Shown piece by piece: positions 39,649 through 56,544 of a DNA stretch of 64,000 bases. The notes beneath the pieces are model-generated. The model did no database searches and had not been told where the DNA came from. It saw nothing but the letters and a program-made list of their open reading frames with translations. Location of the stretch: contig CM035357.1 in assembly GCA_020137815.1 (NCBI GenBank), forward strand, positions 5,022,001 to 5,086,000, given 5' to 3'. This DNA is from Hormiphora californensis (Eukaryota; Animalia; Ctenophora). The first letter of the stretch is position 1, and each line of letters opens with the position of its first letter. A program made the position numbers and the translations under genes.

Positions 39649-40989
39649 CACGGCGTGCCTGGTGAAATTTTAACACGACCTAGCATGCGACGGGAAACCA
39701 CCACTTGTACGTGGTAGCTGAGGGTCTACAGAATGGCGCTACGGTGCGGGAAAAAACATTCCATTCCCTAAAATCTTTTTTTTTACTTTTATTTGATTTG
39801 GGTCAAAATTGGCTATATTAAACGTGGTCCCGAAAAATCCATAATGACTTAGCACACGAAATATGTCACCCCCACCTATTTTTGCACGTAGAATCGATTG
39901 CCGTTGAAGTCGAATCTCTAAAATGACTGTAAAATGGTCAAAAGTTGATTTTTTACCATTTTTTGGAGGTTTTTGGCCCCTAAACCATTGAAAACGTTGA
40001 GATAGGGATTTGAAACTAGTGCCAATCGTTAAAATGGTCATTTTTCTACCAAGAACCAAGCTTTCGTGTATATCCGATTTATGGTTAGATTTGGGCAAAT
40101 TGTTGAAATCTGCCAACTAGGAGAACCGTAACTTGATTTTCTTGTTTTTTGGATTTTGGCATTTTTGACAAACTTCTGATTGAAATGGCCAGTCGGGACC
40201 ATGCTTAAGTTGTTTATGGGACAATTTTCGACTAAAATCCAAGATTTCATACCAATCCAATAACAGATCGTTGATTTATAGAAAATTTGCGTAGGCAAAA
40301 CGGTCAAAATAAGCAAGAAAAGTTGTTGTTTTGACCGTTTTGCCTACGCAAATTTTCTATAAATCAACGATCTGTTATTGGATTGGTATGAAATCTTGGA
40401 TTTTAGTCGAAAATTGTCCCATAAACAACTTAAGCATGGTCCCGACTGGCCATTTCAATCAGAAGTTTGTCAAAAATGCCAAAATCCAAAAAACAAGAAA
40501 ATCAAGTTACGGTTCTCCTAGTTGGCAGATTTCAACAATTTGCCCAAATCTAACCATAAATCGGATATACACGAAAACTTGGTTCTTGGTAGAAAAATGA
40601 CCATTTTAACGATTGGCACTAGTTTCAAATCCCTATCTCAACGTTTTTAATGGTTTAGGGGCCAAAAACCTCCAAAAAATGGTAAAAAATCAACTTTTGA
40701 CCATTTTACAGTCATTTTAGAGATTCGACTTCAACGGCAATCGATTCTACGTGCAAAAATAGGTGGGGGTGACATATTTCGTGTGCTAAGTCTATATGGA
40801 TTTTTCGGGACCACGTTTAATATAGCCAATTTTGACCCAAATCAAATAAAAGTAAAAAAAAAGATTTTAGGGAATGGAATGTTTTTTCCCGCACCGTAGC
40901 GCCATTCTGTAGACCCTCAGCTACCACGTACAAGTGGTGGTTTCCCGTCGCATGCTAGGTCGTGTTAAAATTTCACCAAGCACGCCGTG
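39649..40989. mobile_element. Foldback element, Chapaev-like (CACGG termini, 4-bp TSD TGGG)
   Basis: ~660 bp near-identical inverted arms with a ~20 bp spacer at 40310-40328; TGGG at 39645-39648 and 40990-40993. Confidence 0.85.
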
Positions 40990-41387
40990 TGGGGGTTCCG
41001 AATCATAACAAAATACTGGTGCATTGAGGGTACTATCATGTTGATGAATTACATTGAATGCAATGCTTTCTTCTCTGAACTACTCCTGCAGTCCTGCTTG
41101 ACAGGAGTACTGTACTACTGTTCATACTGTTCATACTGTTCTGATCAATCAGTGATCATACAGACGGATAAACTGCACCACTGTTTTTTAACAAACACGT
41201 CAAACACAACATCATGTGTGGTCCAGACAATATTTGAATTGATAAATCTACTACTGGTACGGACTACGGTACTACCGTGGCAGTTTTCTAATGTAAACGA
41301 AAAGGACACGTTTTTCAAAGTAGCTCAAATTAGTTTTATGATGAGATAAAAACAACTAAACACACGTCTCTCTCTCTCTCTCTCTCC

Positions 41388-41461
<74 letters not shown>

Positions 41462-41483
41462 ACACCCCAAAAAGCACACAATC

Positions 41484-43982
<2,499 letters not shown>

Positions 43983-44322
43983 CTGAAGTAGGGGAAGTTG
44001 GGATTAGATTAATTAGATTAACTAGAAATTAGGGATTGTATCCAGGTGCAATACACATTTTCTATTACTGCACACCCTTTTAGATACATGCGGTATGTAG
44101 TAAAGTTACTCTAAATTCTGAAACCCCATCTATAGCTTTATTGACCGTGACCCAGATCGAGCACTAGAATAAAAATGTATTTCGTTTTGCCAGTCCAAAT
44201 TTGCTAAAAATTCGAAGACCCCTTGCCAGGTCCAATACCCCGCCCCCTTTCATAGCCCATGATTCACCCATTTGATTTGATAAGACCAGTTGCCATGGGC
44301 GTGAACCCCTACATTTATTTAC

Positions 44323-44365
44323 CATTCACCCACAACAAGCTGTTGGGGTTTCTCCAGTATGTCAT
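44323..44365 (-). CDS. Candidate 43-nt coding exon of Kv-C ((D)DILEKPQQLVVGE(W))
   Basis: Acceptor tttggtcctctcag, donor gtaaat; phase 1 in and phase 2 out, matching the T1 exon. Confidence 0.45.
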
Positions 44366-44494
44366 CTGAGAGGACCAAAGCCACATTCCCGTTTCCCCGG
44401 GAACCCTTGTTTAAATTACGGGCCGTGGCAGCCATCGGAGCCGCTCTAGCTCTAGGTTAGTGCTCGAGCTTCTGTATTGTACTTATGGGAGCTA

Positions 44495-45251
44495 GGGTAA
44501 GCTGGGGTAAAATGGCCCGTGGGGTAAAGTGGCCCATGTATGGGGCAAAGTGGCCCTAGTTATTACATGTGGTCACGTGACTTTTTCTCCAGCGGAGACC
44601 TGCTCGTTCTGTTCCGAATTTTCGCTTTAAAACTGCTGTCATTTCTGTTTGGGTTGGCCGATTTTAATTTTGCAAAAACTGCCAGTTAGGCTTTATAATT
44701 CTCTAAGACGTGGTATACAATTTTTTGAAGAAATTGGCATTTTTGTTGTCTTAATTGTCAATTTTGTGAAATCGGGGCAAAATATATGGCCCACTCTCCG
44801 GGGCAAAGTGGTCCGGTCTGGGGCAAAGTGGCCCACCTCTAGGACCAATGAAATGGCGCCTGCAATACCACGTGACATTGGAATGCACAAAAATGTAGTA
44901 CAGACGATCAAATTAGGGGCAAAGTGGCCCATGTTCCGGTGCAGAACATGGGCCACTTTGCCCCTAGTTTGATCGTTTCGTCTAACAACACCAGGCACGT
45001 GATAAAATCGAGCAATGCTATTGGCTTGGGCCACTTTGCCCCGGTGCAAATTTTCCAAAAAACGCCTCACCAAATTATTTGAATTGATTAATTAACCCAT
45101 TAAATAAAACTTGTAGATTTTAAAATTTAGCTCGGCTGAAAGGAAAAGGTTTCATTGGATAGCCTATATAATTTTTTTCTTCCTGCTGTATAAATTGCGT
45201 ATTTTAGAACCTAAAACGTTAAAAAATGGGCCATTTTACCCCAGCTTACCC
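44495..45251. mobile_element. TA-TSD MITE with GGGTAAGCTGGGG TIRs
   Basis: TIR gggtaagctggggtaaaatggccc; many internal ggggcaaagtggccc motifs; second copy at 56545-57421. Confidence 0.88.
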
Positions 45252-48181
45252 TATACAAAATGAGGCGTTTACTCAGTGTGCAAGATACAATTGATCTGGC
45301 TGGAGGCCAATACAAAGAGGAAAAGGTGGTGAAAAACAATGTGTGTAGTCTGACTTTTAAACCTGCAGCTACCATTTACCAAAAGGTTTCGGAGTTCTAA
45401 AGAAAGAAAAATTTCAGACCTATGAGATTCAAAAGAATCAAGGTTCCGAAGAAAGAAAGATTTCAGACCCATGGGATGCAAATTAGAGGGGTTCTGAAGT
45501 AGACAGCCCTCAGTCAAGGTGCTTTGTCCTACAACTCAAAGAAGTGATGTTTTAATATGCAAAACAGGGAAGGAAAACACACAAACACACACTTGATTTG
45601 CATGACAGGGTAAAAAGAGGGTTTCACCTTTGTAGTTACTAAGTAAAAAAGAGGAAACATGTTTTTCTGCAGAGAAATGAAAATAAGAAAGCGAAAGGGA
45701 AGAAAAGAATTGATTATGGAGAAGTGTTCAGAAAGAATCAAGGTTAGACTGCAATTGGTAAAAAATATATAAACAGAATGCAGAAGGGTATACGCCCAAA
45801 AGACGCTCTATTGCCCGCGTAACACTAACTGTGTCAGAATAACGCCGAGACTAAGAGAGAGCTGTTTAAGTCGTTTAGAAACGATAGATGCTTATTATAG
45901 CATCTGTAGCTATTGGTACAGTGAGGTATGAAGTACAAACTGATAAACCGGCAGTGAGGTATGAAGTAACTGCAGTAATGCCAAGCGACTCAAGCAGGAT
46001 GCAGGCAGGAAACTTAACAAGAGAATAACAATGAAATGATAGATGAAGGACCATGGAAGATCAGCGGCTGATTCTACGACGAAGCACGGTGACGGTAGTG
46101 GATAGCTTCATCAGCAGTGTCTATGGAAGGTCTGTGAGGGCAACAGTTTCTATACAAGTCTGTGACGAAGATTCAACGAACAATTTCTCTCAAGATGATT
46201 TGTACGGTTTGCAATCATAATTTTCCACCCATGGCCAGGCGAGAGGGAGAGAGATAAAGAGAGTTAGATGGGGTTAATGAAGGGAGGGAAAGGAAGTATA
46301 GTTTATGGGCGGGTATGAATGAATATATCCGCGTGTGTTTGTGAGATGTGATTGCGTGATTGCCACTCAACCATTATAATTCATCTCCTTTCTCTCTACC
46401 TAGTTCTATCTCTCTCTTTTCTGTCCTTTCTCTATCTTTCCCTCTCTCTTTCCCTCTCTCAAATTTTCTCTTTTGAATTCGAACGCGTCGTCTGTCTAAG
46501 CAGTTCGGTCTTTTGTGAGGTACAAAAACAGCCTGAAGCAAGTGCAGGATTGGAACGAAACGAATAGGACGACGAAACGAGATATTAGATGATAGACTTT
46601 AAGAGATATAATTAGTTAGAGTGAGAGAGTGAGATCAGTGTGTACGTGTGAGAAATATAGAGGGCTAGTCGACACTGGTGAGCTGTCAATCGGTTGATTG
46701 GTACTAGATTGGTAGAGACCTAATGAATTGAGTTCACTAGACGGCCGTCTCTGTATAGACAGATGGTAGCTGGAAGAGCTGTTATAGACCAGATTGCACC
46801 CTACGTCACCTCGTACATCCATTATAGTGCAAATAATATGGGCAAGACCAGCAGACGAAACCATTACAAAGAACTGAACCGTTACCATGAGCTGTTGTTT
46901 TTCAAGACAGACTCTGTATGACAAGGAGCCAAAAAGGAAACGTGACGAGCAGAATTGTAGGAGGTTTCAGACTCTAGAACAGCCGATTGGTGAACGTATT
47001 GATTCAGAAGTGGGAGGGGCCGGGTACAACAGTCAACTATAACTAGAGCACGTGGGTCAACGTACATCATATTATATTGGGGTTCACATGGCGTGGTGGT
47101 TGTCAAAAATTTACCAATTTACACATTGAACACGAACCTACACGACAAACACATACATGTATTATTATATGTGGGACAGACAGGCAGACAGGGACATGCA
47201 CATGGTGATTGGTGGTATACGATTATTATATCATTACACAGGGTGAGAAGCAATGTAATAAAACTTGTATCAATTGCTTTTGTTCGGTGCAATTTCCTAC
47301 ACAAAATTATCGGTAGCCGTGAGAAAGAACAGACGCGACGTTCTAAATCTACTGCTGTATCTACTGAAATGATATCAAAGCAAAAGCAAAAGCAACAATT
47401 ACTAAAGATATAAGGAACATTCCAATATTAGAGTTAAAACACGGTAATTTTGGTGCAAAGCAGTACAGACTGGCACTATAGTTATTGAACAGGTCACCCT
47501 GCGTCACCCTAAGAAATACACCGTCAACTTGTATTAATGGCAATACCCTTGTTGCTTCTAATTATTGTCGACGTTTTGCTAGACGCCAGTACGCCACACA
47601 GCTATTCTAACTACTGTATAGGGCTTCGGGACCAGCCCCAACAGACAGTTAAGTTAACAGGCGGACATTATAAAGTCTTAACTATAATAGTCGAAACTGT
47701 AAGTATGGAATTTGGAGTCGTGATCAAGTGAAGCCCTGTATTATAGAAAGACAACCTTGAAAACGAAGCACTAGATGACGCAGCACTAGATGACGCAACA
47801 CTAGATGACGCTGTGGGTTGTTGGTTAGGTAAATTATAATACACGACAGATCATAGATACTAAAGAGTGAGAGAACGAAGTACGAACACGAAAAAGCGAT
47901 ACATTTGCAGCATCTGGTTTTGAGTGACATTATTGCCTATAACTCTTCCTTATAGCAATTGGTGAATACTATTGGTCGATAATTTTGACCCCCTCTCTTT
48001 CTCTCTCTCTCTCGATCTCTCTCTCTCTCTCTTTCTGCATCGCTCTCGCTCTCCTTCCCTCACTCATTGTATCGAATTCGATAGAAATTACTTAATGCGC
48101 CAGATAGCTGCGGGACATTACCGACCGACACAACAATGCAAGTACCATACACCACCTTCGATCCACCCCTCTCCCTTCCTC

Positions 48182-48261
<80 letters not shown>

Positions 48262-49675
48262 CCTCTCGCTCATGTCAACTGTCACACAAGGATATTCATG
48301 TGTCAGTTCCTGACAGCCAATGTAGGAAGCTGCGGTACAGATGATCTAGGCAATGATTCCCTAGCTACACACTAGTTAGATGTAGTAGTTGATTCTTCGG
48401 AACTGCGAAAGAAACGCGCGTTGTTGATGCATCGATAGACTGTGAATTAGCAATGAGCCTGATAGGATGGAGATCACCAAAATTCACTGATTGACAAGAA
48501 CTTCCCCGACTGCAAACCATCTGTGAGGCGATATAATCTTATGCAGGCGATTAGTGTCAACAGTACAGCTCTGATAGGTGTCAATCTTAACAAGACAGGA
48601 CCCTTGCAGTGACATGATAGGCACAGATCGAAGTCAAGACATGGCCCAATCATAACAATCCAGGAGGCATATAAATTGGTAATTATCAAATTATGTCACC
48701 ACCTACTATAATATTGCTTATGTTATCGGTGTCTAGTTTGCCGACCATATGATACTAACAGCTGTTTACCAATAGACAAAGGGCTTCACTATTATTATGA
48801 TCTTATAACAATCAAATTATGCCAGAGCTTGTAGCATATAAGCAATACTATGGCCCACTATTATTTTATGATACGTTATTATGATGCGTACGTCAAATGT
48901 ATCTAGGAGCTGTGAAATGTGAGTATGATGGTCAAAGATCCAAACCATGAGTCCTAGAATGAGCTTCGAGGGCAAAATACACAACTATGCGTAAATAAAA
49001 CGGAGAGATACAAAATAAGACAGACTCAAATTTGTGTGTCAATTTAGAAGCTGTGTAAGCATTGCCACACGTCACTGATCTCATACGCGATCGAGTTAAA
49101 AAGCAGAAATTACACTCCTGTTCATCTAGTCGTAAGCGGATTCCCGTGGTGACTGAAATGCATCGAAAATATCTTGCGTTGTTCATGTTCATAGGTCCAT
49201 AAGGCTAGAAATTAGGATGTCTGCTGCATTACCCAAAGAAGTAGAGAACCCAATCTAATCTAACCCAAAGCATTCAAAGGGCCGTACACATTATTGTAGG
49301 GCAAAGATGATAGTCAATGGACTTCGGCACGTGCTCAGCGAAGAACAGTCGTGGCAATATGGCATTAGTGGTGGTGCATTCACTAAGACTGGGAGGCAGA
49401 GACAGACACCGAGACATGCACAGAGACAGACAGAGAGAGAACGGCTGGGGTTGAACGTCAAGAGTAATGGACTGTGGTAATCACGATATTAAAACCCCAC
49501 ATCATGCTGACATGCTGTTTATGAATTTTATGCAATCTCAGCGCCGCCGTTGCTACTTTGTACCAAAGACCTTCACCCAATTTCCAAATGGTTCCTATGC
49601 CACTATAGTAGCCCGACAAAGGTATCGCTGGCAAGCGTTTATGAGAAATTTAGATGCACTTATTTAGTCGTATGT

Positions 49676-49702
49676 TTGTCTGTCTGTCTGTCTATCTGTC
49701 TA

Positions 49703-49736
<34 letters not shown>

Positions 49737-49765
49737 GGTCTGTCTGTCTGTCTAGCTGTCTGTCT
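49676..49765. repeat. (TCTG)n microsatellite
   Basis: Directly visible. Confidence 0.9.
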
Positions 49766-50423
49766 GTTACCGTGGCGAGGATCTGAATCTTGTTCCGGGG
49801 TCCCCGTAGTCCGGCTGGACGGTCAATCGACGCATATTTATAGGATACAGAGGTCAAGTAACTATATAGAGAGCCTATAATATGTCAGTCTAGGTGTAGA
49901 CAGCTACACAACTCTATCTCTCTGTGTGCTGTAGAAAGTGTGAGGCGGTGCCTTGGTCAAACACATCAAGCGAGCTTAAAACTTTCTCTATCTTCTGCAC
50001 TCGGACGGACGCGGATCTCACTCTCTCGAGGACAAATACAGAGCTGGCATACATCTGTCAACACACTATATGCGTGTACAAAACAAGAGAGAGGGAGAGA
50101 GAGAGAGAGAGAGAGAGAGCTAGAGAGAGAGAGATATGAAGAGAAAATAGATGGGAGCATACACATGGATTCCAATGACGTATCGTGTATTTATGATTGA
50201 CCACTGTATCTTTCTAGCTATAACTTTCCTAAAATAACTTTTCAGGAGAGGAGAATCTTGAACTTAAAAAAAGAAGAGTTTCAAAAGAGGAGAATCTTTA
50301 AAATTTAAAAAGAAGAGAACCCTCAACCCTAAAATTACCAGCAAGCTGCTAATAAATTTAAGTTCTTCCACATGCAAACTCATCATTAATTAGTTAATTA
50401 GTCAATTAAAATACTTCACGTAC

Positions 50424-50479
50424 AGAAGTTCAGTTGTCTTGGATGCCTGCTCCTGAGTAAGGCACACCGACGACCTCAT
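50424..50479 (-). CDS. Candidate alternative first coding exon of Kv-C (MRSSVCLTQEQASKTTEL)
   Basis: ATG preceded by an in-frame TGA; phase-2 donor GTACGT compatible with the T1 exon. Confidence 0.35.
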
Positions 50480-51431
50480 GTTGCCTCAGTACTGCCCCTC
50501 CATCCGAGTAAAGATATCCTTCAATAGTTCAGCTTGATATATCAAAATATGGAATAGAGATCCTTCAACAGTTCAGCTAACTTCAGCTTGATGTATCAAA
50601 ATATATGGATTTCGGAAATTGGCCAAAAGAGAAAACAAAGGATGACGGAAAAATATTGGGTTGGTAATTGTTCGCCGTAAATAGACAGCTCCTTCATGAT
50701 ACTCTCCCATTAAGTAACTGTGCCAGTAATTTTGATTGCATAGATTCGATTGGTTAGAGGAATTGCTAATGCTGTGTACGTGGTAAGGCCAGTTAAAGAA
50801 AAATTAAAAATTCAACACTGAAATTAACAAACGCCGATTCCCGGATCGTACTCGAATAAGTTATCAAATTATCCATATAAGTGCAGGTAAAACTAAAAGC
50901 TCGTCCATAAACAAAATTTGAATCCATGTGGTGAATCATTATAACAACTGTAAATTGACACACCGTCACGATGATTACTTACGAAATTACGATGATTTCT
51001 AAGAAACACGTTTTTAGATCACAGTACGAGACCAATGTTCTGATCATGGCAGCTGCTGTGAGTCATATTCCAATGTGTACAATTTGTAATTTGAAGATAA
51101 TTATAAATACCAATGACTAGATGCCAGAAGGCAATTAGCAAAGTTTTCGACGTTCCATTGCGCCCCATAAACAATTTCCTTCGTCGAAATGACTACTACT
51201 GAAAATCGCGCCAAACGGAACACCTCTCATCCCTTTTATAACTAACCAATGAATAGGTCGATATCCATTTTGTGTTGATACATTGCCGCTGACCACCATG
51301 TTTTCACTTGGTCGAGAGTCCTTCTTTTGTTGTTAATGTTAAGGAGACTGACAAAGACTATAACATTGCATACAAGCAATAACAAGTAAGTGTGTAAACC
51401 TAAACGTATTTAAAACCTCTCTGTCTCTCTC

Positions 51432-51496
<65 letters not shown>

Positions 51497-52247
51497 TTAT
51501 GAGACCATCGTTAGTTCATAATAGGGTATTATAGTGATTGGTCATACTACACAATATATTGCAACTTATTGCTTCTTTATCTCCTGTTCTCTCCACTCTC
51601 TTGCTCCATCTTTATCGATCTAAAAGTATCTCTCCTCATCTCTCCTCATGAAAACAAAAGTCTGACACACCCATATATCAGGAAACAGCGAATGATAGAT
51701 ATAACTGTAGACAGCATTGTAGACATGTGTAATTTGCTGTCTTCCAATATCGAACTCCACCACACTTCCTTGAACGCTTTTATTACGTCACTGTTATAGG
51801 AACTGTCTTTTGATCTTCATACACACACTAATATTGGTTAGACAGGGAGAAAGATAGAGGGAGAGGGAATGATGGAGAGCGATAGAAGATATTAGATATC
51901 TATCTATTACCCTTCCTTTTATAACCTCCCACCCACATTTTCCCACCCATGATATTAGCTCCCAAGAGTTCCCACGTTGCTGAATGCTAAGCTCTTTACC
52001 CCATAGCTCTCACACACATTCTCTACCCAAAAATAGTTGCATGTTACCTACACCACGATCTGCTATATAATATTGCTCTTCTTTCCAAAAACACGCGATT
52101 TTATCCAGGATCCCGAAGCCGATGCACTAAAATATTCCAATCCTCACCAAACGAAACATCAAATATATGTTCAAAAATGGAACACGTAGCAAGTAAAAAG
52201 TCAAGACTATAATAATAATATTAGTCTTCTCTAAAATCATTACTTAC

Positions 52248-52366
52248 ACAGACTGGGTAAGTCGGTTATTGTTGTTTCCAGTAAAAGGCGGAGGAGTTTG
52301 AGACCTTGGCCATCTAATTGTGCCAGGTATCAGATTTGCCTTCTTCGATCCTTTCTCTCTTGAACA
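52248..52366 (-). other. Candidate Kv-C upstream exon (coding or 5' UTR)
   Basis: ttcag acceptor, GTAAGT donor, 119 nt with one fully open frame ending in phase 2. Confidence 0.35.
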
Positions 52367-52740
52367 CTGAACAGATCCAGAATCCTGCACCAGATCAGAT
52401 ATATCCTGCACCAGATCAGATATATATCTTACACCGTCTTTACCACGTGCAGACCCACACGTGGCCTTACAGATTAGTTGTAATGTAGGCTATTGAAAAG
52501 GTTTTATTGAGGAATTTGAAATCAAATTCATAAGCTGAATATGGTTCAAAGACCCATAAAATCTAGTGTTACTGTGTTCAAGTTCAACTTTAATGGCAAT
52601 AGAAAACACAAATTACAAATGCAACACTTTTCTTGACTTGTCAAACACGGTATGTGGCATATAAATACAAAAACTAAGCTTTCCACAGGCTGTTTCAACA
52701 TCGTGTATGCAGTAGGGAATTCCCATATTTCTATCTTTGA

Positions 52741-52801
<61 letters not shown>

Positions 52802-53156
52802 TCTCTCCCCTTTCCCTGGAACGTTCTAGTAAATGTATATTTCCTGACGACTATTATAAGGGTCTTGAAATGAGCTGTTAACAGTCTCGACACTGTTACT
52901 ACCTGCTTTCTAGCACGTAGAGCGAGGAAGAATGAAACTGATCGAGATCACTAAATGCTATGACACAATTATAGACTTCGAGACATACTGATCGACATAG
53001 AAAATAGTACTCTTATAAAGGAGCTGATACATTCCGAGACATTCCAAGTCATGATGTACTAAAAGCAATTATACACAGCTATTATATATCTCTCTCTCTT
53101 TCTGTATCTCCCCCTCTCTCTCTCTCTCTCTCTGAACATATCTCTCTCCCTCTAAC

Positions 53157-53949
53157 TAGTAGAGTCGATAACTACATCGACCTCTCCCAATTGTTCCAGT
53201 TTTTGTCACATCTGTTTGGAGCCTCGACACGACCTCTAAACAGGTGTTACTTTTTCACAAACTGTTTTCATCTTGGTGTAATCAGCAGTTGAAATGTTGC
53301 GAATCATAACAAAAACCTGACTAAATTTTTTCAACTTGGGGTAAAACCATGGGTGTCAAAAGTTAGCTCTAGGTCCCCTGAGTAACCATCCGGAGACTCC
53401 AAGAGATATTTCAAGCCGTTCTCCTGTAATCATTAATCCCGGTAGAGCACATATTTGAGTATGGACGTACGTGCAATTGCCTACAACCTCAACTTTAATG
53501 TATAACGTTAATGTGCGTCTCTCTCTTTTCTCCCCCTTGAGAAAGAGTTATCTCGCGCGGCGCAACCGCACGTGCGGTTTTTTCAGAGAGAGTGAGAGAC
53601 ATACAATAACATGTAAACAGCCTGCCAGCGCTCACGTACGTCCGCATTGTATTTTTTTCTCCACCGGGATTAATGATTACGGGAGAACGGCTTGAAATAT
53701 CTCTTAGAGTCTCCGGATGGTTACTCAGGGGACCTAGAGCTAACTTTTGACACCCATGGTTTTACCCCAAGTTGAAAAAATTTAGTCAGGTTTTTGTTAT
53801 GATTAGCAACATTTCAACTGCTGATTACACCAAGATGAAAACAGTTTGTGAAAAAGTAACACCTGTTTAGAGGTCGTGTCGAGGCTCCAAACAGATGTGA
53901 CAAAAACTGGAACAATTGGGAGAGGTCGATGTAGTTATCGACTCTACTA
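53157..53949. mobile_element. Foldback element, Academ-like (TAGT termini, 3-bp TSD AAC)
   Basis: ~290 bp near-identical inverted arms tagtagagtcgataactacatcg...; AAC at 53154-53156 and 53950-53952. Confidence 0.8.
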
Positions 53950-55398
53950 AACCATTATGATACAATGTCGATTACGTCTCTCATAGATATGTTCCTTCGC
54001 TGCCACTCCCTCCTTCCAGCTCTTTATACACAACAGCATTTACGCCAGTACAACTTTCAAAGCTCCATCTCTAGGACTATATTTATATGGCGTCGATCTA
54101 CTCTCTTTCCTAACTTTATACATTTGGCACGTGCCTCTTATAGAATATATAGCTCCTCCATCGATCTCTTTAACTCCGCCCATCAATCCACCATCCTTTT
54201 TCTCCCCCTATATCCTGATCCGCACCTTCTTTTCTATCTAAGTTACATCTGATGTGTTAGACCTCATCCTTGATGTGGAGATCTCAATTCTCAGGGCAAT
54301 GAACAATTGAAAATCCAGAACATTCAAGAAGTCCAATGGTATGGACTTTAGGATCACAACACAAACATGGTGAAAAGGCAATAAGGCATGTAAAGTTTCC
54401 AATGGAAAATGAGGAACCGATGGAAGAAAACGTGTACATTTTGTTGTCTGGAAAGGTTCCTCTGTTCTTCCCATTCACCATCTTTCTGTCTCTTCCTTTC
54501 TGTCTCTCTATAAATGTTTCTCTCTGTTTCTCCCTTTTCCATCTTTTCTCTCTCCTTTTTTCCCAAAACGTAAACTTCGTTACGGACGGCGGTCTACAAT
54601 ACCCGCGGTGTTCTATCTATCCCTCGTGGTAGCTTCACCACACAGTCTGAATTCCCAATCTAACTTATATATTTTTTTACATAAGGTTTTTCAACGTTAC
54701 TGACTAATTTAAGCACAAGAAATATGGTTTAGTTAATAAGTTCGGGAGTCGACAGACGACAATACAACATATAACTAGCTGTACAAGTACTCCATATAAA
54801 TTGTCATTAAAGCATGACGGAAGAGAAGAGAGTGACAGAGAGAGGGGAGAGATATAAAGATAGATAGATAGAGAGAACTATCAAATCTACTGGTTTTATT
54901 ACATCGAGGTGCCACTTTAACCGTGGGATACTATAGCAAACGTAGACACAGCGTTGAAATCGATCGTTCACTCTAGCTGCTCCTTTCTACTTTACACACA
55001 TCCGTCACGACCAACAAATACTATTGATGGGCAGACAAAGCACAAAGGATAATAACCGAAGGCCTCTATAAAACATATACAATACATAATAATACTCAAC
55101 AACATAATAAGCTGTTTACCCGGGTTGTCAACTACTAGAGACGCGGCTTCCTTGAGTCTATTCCCGGGCTAGTTATGGAATTTATTTTTCTCGCTACTTC
55201 TTCATAATATACCAGATTCCAGTTCATAATTTCTTTCACAGTTAAAACATGAAACTGGTAGTGGTAAATGGCTTTTGGCTGCTTTGCAAAAGTGGATCAA
55301 GACATTTAATTGAAATCATAATTTTAATCAGTAACAGCTCAATGTCACGAAACGGAAACAACTTATCCAATACCTTAGAGCTATTTTAAAAATATGCA

Positions 55399-55461
55399 AC
55401 AAGTAAAACAAGGAAGTTTTAGTTCAACAGTTGTTGAACTAAAACTTCCTTGTTTTACTTG
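55399..55461. repeat. Perfect hairpin
   Basis: caagtaaaacaaggaagttttagttcaaca-gt-tgttgaactaaaacttccttgttttacttg. Confidence 0.85.
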
Positions 55462-56544
55462 TAAATAGCTCCTCGCAACCGTGAGTAGAGCACTATCCGG
55501 GACAAGGACCATCAATAATTATTTTAAAAATATGTTGATACTAAAAATGCTTGAGAAACTTACTCAACAAACTAAAACATATATCATTTTATAGGTTGTG
55601 TATAATAGCGGATGACACCAAAAGATTTTGATTCTTAAATTATTTTTTATACTGCTTAATCGTTGTTTTTTAATTGATCGTACTTACGTTTCATGTGCAT
55701 CATCGTTCCAGGAAGACCTGTTACCACCTCTCGTTCCTATAGTAACCAAGGAATGCCGTGATTTCCTTGCACCGGCACTCGGCCCCTGTCCAACGCTTAT
55801 CTGACTAGGCATCCGCTGTCATAAACACTTCAACTATAACGGGTTAAAATCAGTACAAAATTAGTGGTTTGCCTGGTGCCTGGTTTTCAAATCGTAAGAG
55901 GGATAGAAAACAAGCTGGAGAATATAATTCAGATTACTGCCTTTTTGTGCTATTTTATTATTACAGTGTATGTAAGTGTAGTAAATATTTGTTTCTTCTT
56001 TCGATGGATAGAAAAGCTATCTCACTAGCAGGAATGCGTCAATTTCACCTTAGGTCAGTAAATATCTTCGAAGCGGGACGAAGCTGTTTTTGCCAAAAGA
56101 AATCAACATACTTATCGCAGGGAACAGTTTTATAAAATAAATTACCAGAATCAGGTCATTCTATAAGCTGCATACAAAGGTAAAAAACAATAGGTCAAAG
56201 CTTCATAGGCCGGATGCTTGCAGTTAACAACATGCGTTTGCTATGAAAATGAATATAAAAGTGGGTAATCAATAGAAGAGAAGCTGTACACGACCCGTAT
56301 TTTGAGTTGTTGTATGATGCAGGTTGTTTTTTGGATAAAAAGTCTAATTGAACTTGGGATATTTTCTATTCTTCTACCATACTTGCAATGCAATTCCGAA
56401 GAGAAACAAAAACTACATCACATGCAAAACTGTCCGAAGTTAAACTCAATTAGGGACATTTTCGTGCCAGTATCGCTTTTTTTTCTACTTGTTTACAGGA
56501 AAACACTATCTAAGTCTGTATCTAGTCTTTTCTCTTCAGAAGTA

